This document shows positions 58,657-64,000 of a stretch of DNA of 64,000 nucleotides, one piece after another; the first letter of the stretch is position 1; every line of letters starts with the position of its first letter. The stretch is from assembly GCA_963713855.1 (NCBI GenBank), contig OY970209.1, positions 736,001 to 800,000 of the forward strand. The letters run 5' to 3'. Origin of the DNA: an uncultured bacterium (GTDB lineage: Bacteria; Babelota; Babeliae; Babelales; Babelaceae). The notes below the pieces were generated by a model, which was not told the origin of the DNA, did not search any database, and saw nothing but the letters and a program-made list of their open reading frames with translations. Position numbers and translations under genes: made by a program.

Positions 58657-59565
58657 TTAGGAACCCGATAAGTAGCGTACCAAATTTGCTAGACCACTAG
58701 TCGCACGTCCGAGCAAGCTGCTTTGGCTAGCTGCGCGTGCTCCTGCTACAAGAGCGGCTGCTTGAGCAGCTCTTGGATAAGAAGAATCCGACGCGACCAT
58801 GTCAGCAGTTCTGCCCACACCATCAACTACGTTTGGATTGGCTCCACGAGCTAGCAATAGTTGTACCATCTCAACTTCGCCACGGTAAGCTGCATAAAAA
58901 AGTGCAGTCCAGCCACTGTTGTCCTGGTCATCGATGTTAGCAACAGCACCTAAGTCCAAAAGCAAATTGACTATGCTCTCCGGCGCATGAAGAACGGCAA
59001 ACTGCAGAGGAGTTTGGCCCTCACGATCTGGCCTGTTGATAATTTGTTTGTCTTTTTGAACGAGGAACTCGATTATTTTTTCTCTGCCTTCGTGATCATA
59101 TCTAATCGCCTCAAAAAATGGCGCGATATGATGAGTAGCGCCTCGAAGATAGAGGTTTGCCCCTCTAGCTAACAATTCATTAATGAGAGTAAAAGGCTCG
59201 TTTTCATCTATAGCAACCAATAAAGGTGTCGACAGATCTCGATTTGAGGTATAGGTGAATTGAACATCTCGCGGGTGTGCGAGAGCTATGGCGACTGCTT
59301 TGTCGCTCTCGTCGGGAGTTACGTAGTTAATTAGACGTGGATTAGCTCGCAGCCGAACATCATCAATTCTCCCATCAATTAATTGATTAATTATTTGGTA
59401 CCCGTTCTCGTGATCTTCTTTAGTCCACTTTGTTTCTTCACTACTTTCATCGCCGCTTGACTCGTCTCCAGATCCGGTTTCCATGCCTATAAGGCTTACA
59501 GGAGAGCCTAGAGCAAAGATCAAGAGCAAGCTCAGGAGGCTTCCCTTATTTTTGATTAATTCCAT
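58657..59565 (-). CDS. Exported ankyrin-repeat protein
   Basis: Signal peptide + GME, acidic tract, STPLLVAI, GQTPLQFA, GWTALFYAAYRG. Confidence 0.88.
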   Translation of the reverse strand: MELIKNKGSLLSLLLIFALGSPVSLIGMETGSGDESSGDESSEETKWTKEDHENGYQIINQLIDGRIDDVRLRANPRLINYVTPDESDKAVAIALAHPRDVQFTYTSNRDLSTPLLVAIDENEPFTLINELLARGANLYLRGATHHIAPFFEAIRYDHEGREKIIEFLVQKDKQIINRPDREGQTPLQFAVLHAPESIVNLLLDLGAVANIDDQDNSGWTALFYAAYRGEVEMVQLLLARGANPNVVDGVGRTADMVASDSSYPRAAQAAALVAGARAASQSSLLGRATSGLANLVRYLSGS

Positions 59566-59811
59566 AAAAATCCCTTAATTTTTATATAACAGAAAATATT
59601 ATTATTACTAAAATAGCACTTTTTATTAAAAATAGGCAAGCAGTTTGTGGTCAGTGAGCGCTATTTCAATCAATGTAGCAGCTTTTAAATAAAAATCACC
59701 CCCAGATAAAAATATCCATGGAAAGGCCTCAAGATGCTGCAAAGCTTTTAGAGAGAATCTTGAGTAAAAGGCATTTTGCAGTACCGCCTTGATGAGTAAG
59801 AGAAAAGGCCA

Positions 59812-59841
59812 AGAAAGCCGGTCTATTAAAGTCGGCTTTCT
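59812..59841 (-). terminator. Hairpin after ankyrin gene 59858..60730
   Basis: AGAAAGCCGG...TCGGCTTTCT. Confidence 0.6.
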
Positions 59842-59857
59842 CGCTGGATTAGTAAAA

Positions 59858-60730
59858 TTAGCCCTCAGGAAGGGACTCTGTTAGGTGACTCGACGATCTG
59901 GCTTGTATTATCCGAGCTGCAAGTTCGGCTGAACCATGTTCATCTGGAACTAGTGATACTTCATAGGGTCTCCTGCCATCTCTAGCTGCGATGTTTGGAT
60001 CTGCTGCGTGGTCTAGGAGCAGGATTAGAGTTTCGAATGATGAAGGGCTGGGGTTGTGGACGAGATAGTGTAATGCGGCCCATCCATTTGCATCCTGAGC
60101 ATTAACTTCAGCGCCTAGTCTTAGAAGTTCTTCAACAAATGATGTTGCGACACCGAGCTGAAGGGCAAATTGTAAAGGAGTTTGGCCAGCTCGTCCAGGG
60201 GTATTTATTAGATCTCCACCCCTATTAGCAAGAAATTGAATGAGCTCTACATCGAGTCGACAGCGGTGAATAGCCTCTATGAAAGGGAGTAACTGATTAC
60301 TGCTTCCAGGTTGTAGAGGATCAACATCTCTTTCTAAAAGGTCAGTCATGAGGGCAAGGTGTTCAGAAGTTGAGCCAAGGGCGGCTAACAATGGAGTGGA
60401 AGTGTCATCAACTAAAAACTGTATTCTTGAGGGATCGATGAAATAAAGGATTCTTTCAGTGTCTACAATTGGACTTCTGTAATTAATAAGGTTGGGATGC
60501 TGGTCTAGCAAGGCTAATGCTTGAGCACGATCAAGACGTCGAATGGCAGCGAGCAATTCTTCGCCGATTGCGTTAGGTTCGCCAGTTTGCCTCGTCTTAT
60601 CCCATTTAAGTTCTTCTTCTTTTTCGTCCTTCTCTGAGCCTTTGTGCATGCATACAAGGCTAGCGGATGAGCCTAGAGCCAAGATAAGAAACAAACCAGG
60701 AAAAAATCCCTTAGTTTTGATCAATTGCAT
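59858..60730 (-). CDS. Exported ankyrin-repeat protein, paralog of 58657..59565
   Basis: Likely start MQLIKTKG (aligns with MELIKNKG). LINY, STPLLAA, GQTPLQFA, GWAALHY. Confidence 0.85.
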   Translation of the reverse strand: MQLIKTKGFFPGLFLILALGSSASLVCMHKGSEKDEKEEELKWDKTRQTGEPNAIGEELLAAIRRLDRAQALALLDQHPNLINYRSPIVDTERILYFIDPSRIQFLVDDTSTPLLAALGSTSEHLALMTDLLERDVDPLQPGSSNQLLPFIEAIHRCRLDVELIQFLANRGGDLINTPGRAGQTPLQFALQLGVATSFVEELLRLGAEVNAQDANGWAALHYLVHNPSPSSFETLILLLDHAADPNIAARDGRRPYEVSLVPDEHGSAELAARIIQARSSSHLTESLPEG

Positions 60731-60802
60731 AAAAAAGCCTTTTGACACATAGCAAAACAGGGTGGCAAAAACTACCACCCTGCTCATTTTAAAAAAAACG
60801 TA

Positions 60803-61183
60803 TTATTCCTTGCTTAGTTCTCGAAGAGCTTCTTCAAGAAGTTGAAGGTCAGCCTCTGAAAATTCCTCAAAAGCGTCTTTCTCTGCGCTTTCAGAGCCAC
60901 TTAATACTTCATCAAGATTTGCATCTTCTTTAGCAGTTTCGGTTGTGGCAGCTTTTTCTTGAACTTCATTTTTGCAGCTTGATACCTGAGGCGCATCTTT
61001 TTGCGAAGATGGTGCATTTGCAGCTTTAGCTTTTTCAAGCTCTTCTTTAGCTACTGGTTTTTGTTTAAGCCCATTAGGCGCAATTGGCTGTTGTTGAGTG
61101 CAGTCTTTGCACGTTGAAGCATCTAATTGTTGGCCTACCAATACTAAAGCAAGCACTAGGCCCATTTGAGTGTACAATTTCAT
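60803..61183 (-). CDS. Small exported low-complexity acidic protein with CxxC
   Basis: AAGGAG RBS, signal peptide, CKDC, amphipathic acidic C-terminal helix. Confidence 0.6.
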   Translation of the reverse strand: MKLYTQMGLVLALVLVGQQLDASTCKDCTQQQPIAPNGLKQKPVAKEELEKAKAANAPSSQKDAPQVSSCKNEVQEKAATTETAKEDANLDEVLSGSESAEKDAFEEFSEADLQLLEEALRELSKE

Positions 61184-61544
61184 AGTGATCTCCTTATACA
61201 AATGGAGTTATGATAGCTAATTGGTTAAAGAATAATACAATACAGGAAAATATTTTTTAATAAGCACATAATCCAAGCGTAGCATATAAAAAAAATTTTA
61301 CTAGTCTTCAATATTTGAGCCCAAAGCTGGCAAAGGTCTGCTAAAAGATCTAACCTTTAGGACAAGTATCGACAAGTAATATCATTACAAAAAGGGATTA
61401 CCCGAAGGACTTGATTAACGTTATAAGTTGATGCTTGCAAAGTGAAAAGAGGGTTGCCGGATATAGTTTGCCGGTATTGCGTTATGGCGATATTTTTTTT
61501 AGAGTATGCTATACGGTAGTTTACTTTATAAAGGAGAGTGACAA

Positions 61545-61919
61545 ATGAACGGAGCACCTTATTACAGAGCGCATACAGTTTGGCTCATGTTAAAAATTAC
61601 GTATGGGTTGTTATTTGTAGCGGCCGGTATTGATAAATATTTTAACATGTTGACAAGGTGGGGCCACTATCTTAGTCCAATTATAGTGCGCATGCTTCCT
61701 GTATCCGTCGTACATTTCATGTACGCTATTGGGGCTTTTGAGATCGTTATCGGGCTTCTTATCCTAACAAACTGGACTAAACAAGGTGCTTATTTAGCAA
61801 CGGCTTGGCTATTGGTTATTGCAGCCGGTCTTCTAACTATGCGTATGTTTTATGATATTGCTGTTAGCGATATAGTGATGGCTGTAGGAGCTTATGCTCT
61901 AGCTCTTTTAAGTGCTTAG
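61545..61919 (+). CDS. DoxX-family membrane protein
   Basis: YGLLFVAAGIDKYFN..T.W..YL, GAFEIVIGLLIL, YDIAVSDI. Confidence 0.8.
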   Translation: MNGAPYYRAHTVWLMLKITYGLLFVAAGIDKYFNMLTRWGHYLSPIIVRMLPVSVVHFMYAIGAFEIVIGLLILTNWTKQGAYLATAWLLVIAAGLLTMRMFYDIAVSDIVMAVGAYALALLSA

Positions 61920-62072
61920 TATATCTATTTAGCACCATAGGAATCCATACTCTTTTTTTACAGAAGCTTTCTTGCTTTTAGTAAAGTTGTTTTTTGCTCT
62001 TTTTCTTCGAGCTATAGTAAGTTTTTGTTCCAGAATAGTAGGCTCGTTATAGTACACCACAAAGAGACGACT

Positions 62073-62957
62073 ATGACGTGCTTTACTTTTACTCATACAA
62101 ATACCTTAAGTAAGTATCAAAAAGCTCTAGAAAAATTTGAGACCCAGTTCATATATCATTTTTGGGAAGGCTCTTTTACGCTTTCTCATGGCAGAGAGTA
62201 TAGCGCATTTGGACATTTTGTAGGCGATCCTTCATTTATCCTCGTTGAGCACGATGGCCTTTTGGTTGCCTGCTTGGCCCTTATTAAAAAAAATGTTTCT
62301 TTTGGCGGGCGCGAATATAGTGCTCTTTACATTGGTGATTTGAAGATAGATCCCGCCTATCAAATGACCGGCTTAGCTCACGAATTGTATAAGTACACCT
62401 CAAGAATTATAGAAACTCATAAAGATCTTAGCAAAAGCGAGTTGACGTATTTTGTCGCTATTCAGCTTAAGCATGGTGGAGATTTTACAAGCATCAAACA
62501 TGAAGGATCGCCTCTTGAGCTTTTTACCGATTTTGGGTCGGCGGATCTTTTTTTAAGCCCGCCGGAAGCTCTTTCAACCATTGAAATAAGCGAGCTTGAG
62601 GAAGAAATACAAGAGTCTGAGATGCTCAACCTTTCACCAGGTAATCAAGGACCACTGGTTGACTTACGCGGTATTAAAGATTTTATCTATCAAGGAAAGA
62701 GCCTTCAAAGTGTGCATGTCGCATTAGGAACCTCATGTAACGGTACTGTGCTTGAAAAACTTAAAGCAGCTGGTCAAAAAGCATTAAAGTCATACACAGA
62801 GTGTTGTTTTGCCATCGATACTCGCCGCTCACGTTTGTTGGAATACCTTCAAAAATATACTATTTTGCCCAAAACTCGCATAAAAATGTATGGCATCGAA
62901 AATGCTGACTTAAAGCATGCCTGGAAGGCTTTTGCAGTGGGAACATATGAACTTTAA
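62073..62957 (+). CDS. GNAT-like N-acetyltransferase-fold protein
   Basis: LVEHDGLLVACL, ALYIGDLKIDPAYQMTGLAHELY (motif A-like). Confidence 0.6.
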   Translation: MTCFTFTHTNTLSKYQKALEKFETQFIYHFWEGSFTLSHGREYSAFGHFVGDPSFILVEHDGLLVACLALIKKNVSFGGREYSALYIGDLKIDPAYQMTGLAHELYKYTSRIIETHKDLSKSELTYFVAIQLKHGGDFTSIKHEGSPLELFTDFGSADLFLSPPEALSTIEISELEEEIQESEMLNLSPGNQGPLVDLRGIKDFIYQGKSLQSVHVALGTSCNGTVLEKLKAAGQKALKSYTECCFAIDTRRSRLLEYLQKYTILPKTRIKMYGIENADLKHAWKAFAVGTYEL

Positions 62958-63158
62958 AGCACAATTAGTAGCTTTATGAAATAGCTAATTTGTGTATTAA
63001 AAATCAAAACTACCTCCATTAAAGCATAGTAAAAAAATGAGTCAATATTACATTAATACAACTACAAAAACTCGAGGCTAAAACTCTAAATTGTGCTTGC
63101 CATAATAAAAGATTAGTGGCAGATTAGTGCCAGCTCCTTTTTTATGATAGGGCAGGCT

Positions 63159-64000
63159 ATGGTAAGTCCTCAGTTTACTCTTTCATCATTAGTAGAAGAA
63201 GTAAAGCGTATTGAAAAACTCACCAAAGAAATACATTCTTTTCGTCTTACGCCTTCCTTGTTAACCTCGCTCAGACAAAACGCTTGGTCTGATTCAGTTT
63301 ATTATGGCAGTAATCCCGCAGGTACTGGCTTTACAAAAGAAGCTATGATGAGCGTGTTAAGGTCTGATGAGGACTATTTGATGCCTGAAAATAACGAACG
63401 CGTCATTTGTGCTTACGATTCGGCACTCAGTTATGTCGAAAAGATTGCTTTGACGACCGTGTCACCTTTAACGTCTGATACTGTTCAAAAATTGCATGGC
63501 ATACTGACTGCTAAAGTACCTAAAAGCCGTATAAGCACATACCGTGAAACCGATGAGCCTGTGCGTGATCCTAAAACCTATTCAATACTCTATAGACCTG
63601 CAAGAGCTCAAGACATAAGTCGTCTTATGGATCAGCTTTTAATGTGGATAGTTTACTCCCTTAAAACCCCTTTTTTTTGCCCTTTTATAGCCGGCATTGT
63701 TCATAAGCAGATACAAGCCATTCGGCCTTTTACTGATGGGAATCGTCGCCTTGCTTGCCTTTTAGCTCGCTTTATTCTTTTAAGAACACCTTATGATTGT
63801 AAGGGAATGTACGCTCTTGAAGCATACTATGCTCAAGATCTTAAGCGCTATTACGCTGCCTTGGGCCTTACAGCAGTCTATCAAGTGTACGCAGATCATA
63901 CTGAATGGCTCCGTTATTTTTCTCAAGGTATCATTTTAGCAACAAGCTCACTCAAAAAGCAGCTTGAACAAGAAGTCCCTAAAAGGAATGTCTTAGTGTT
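63159..64000 (+). CDS. Fic-family protein with degenerate active site (runs off window)
   Basis: Manual translation is open to the window end: VQKLHGIL, YRE, LYRPA, AGIVHKQIQAIRPFTDGNRRLAC, LEAYYAQDLKRYYAAL. Confidence 0.85.
   Translation, partial: MVSPQFTLSSLVEEVKRIEKLTKEIHSFRLTPSLLTSLRQNAWSDSVYYGSNPAGTGFTKEAMMSVLRSDEDYLMPENNERVICAYDSALSYVEKIALTTVSPLTSDTVQKLHGILTAKVPKSRISTYRETDEPVRDPKTYSILYRPARAQDISRLMDQLLMWIVYSLKTPFFCPFIAGIVHKQIQAIRPFTDGNRRLACLLARFILLRTPYDCKGMYALEAYYAQDLKRYYAALGLTAVYQVYADHTEWLRYFSQGIILATSSLKKQLEQEVPKRNVLV

Noticed and set aside
12571..59172. Numerous short antisense ORFs inside propeller, FHA, ankyrin and giant genes
   Set aside because: Explained by codon bias of the sense-strand genes; no independent motifs.

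Overview
A roughly 40% GC bacterial chromosomal segment. Its gene content (signal-peptide-bearing ankyrin arrays, lineage-specific beta-barrel-like proteins, giant secreted proteins) suggests an obligate intracellular parasite of protists, most plausibly Candidatus Dependentiae/Babelota (TM6); this assignment is inference. Housekeeping genes are mreB (5' part), tRNA-Ser(CGA), ndk, glmU, sbcD, rnhB, a cysK/CBS-family gene, csaA, uppS, rnpB and hflX. They are interleaved with a large Sec-exported arsenal: (i) five tandem ankyrin paralogs ending in a C-terminal F-box/PRANC-like motif; (ii) three double beta-propeller single-pass membrane proteins with a shared short [AS][IV]NF tail; (iii) a compact CdiA-like toxin with immunity gene but no visible TPS domain or CdiB; (iv) a 1230-aa protein with an internal PD-(D/E)xK nuclease and a candidate upstream immunity gene; (v) a 1457-aa helical, glycine-zipper, HPD-less J-like protein plus a collapsed pseudogene paralog; (vi) an NLS/MIU-like effector; (vii) a signal-peptide-bearing NDK. 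Many exported proteins share an (A/G)-M-E motif at the predicted signal cleavage site. Between rnpB and hflX is a recombination hotspot with three copies of one gene's 3' end, a RelE-like/HTH TA pair, and a mosaic of resolvase, phosphotransferase and toxin gene fragments. Several enzymes (GlmU N-domain, RNase HII, Fic, one HAD) carry altered catalytic motifs. No CRISPR array, rRNA, integrase or intact transposase was seen.
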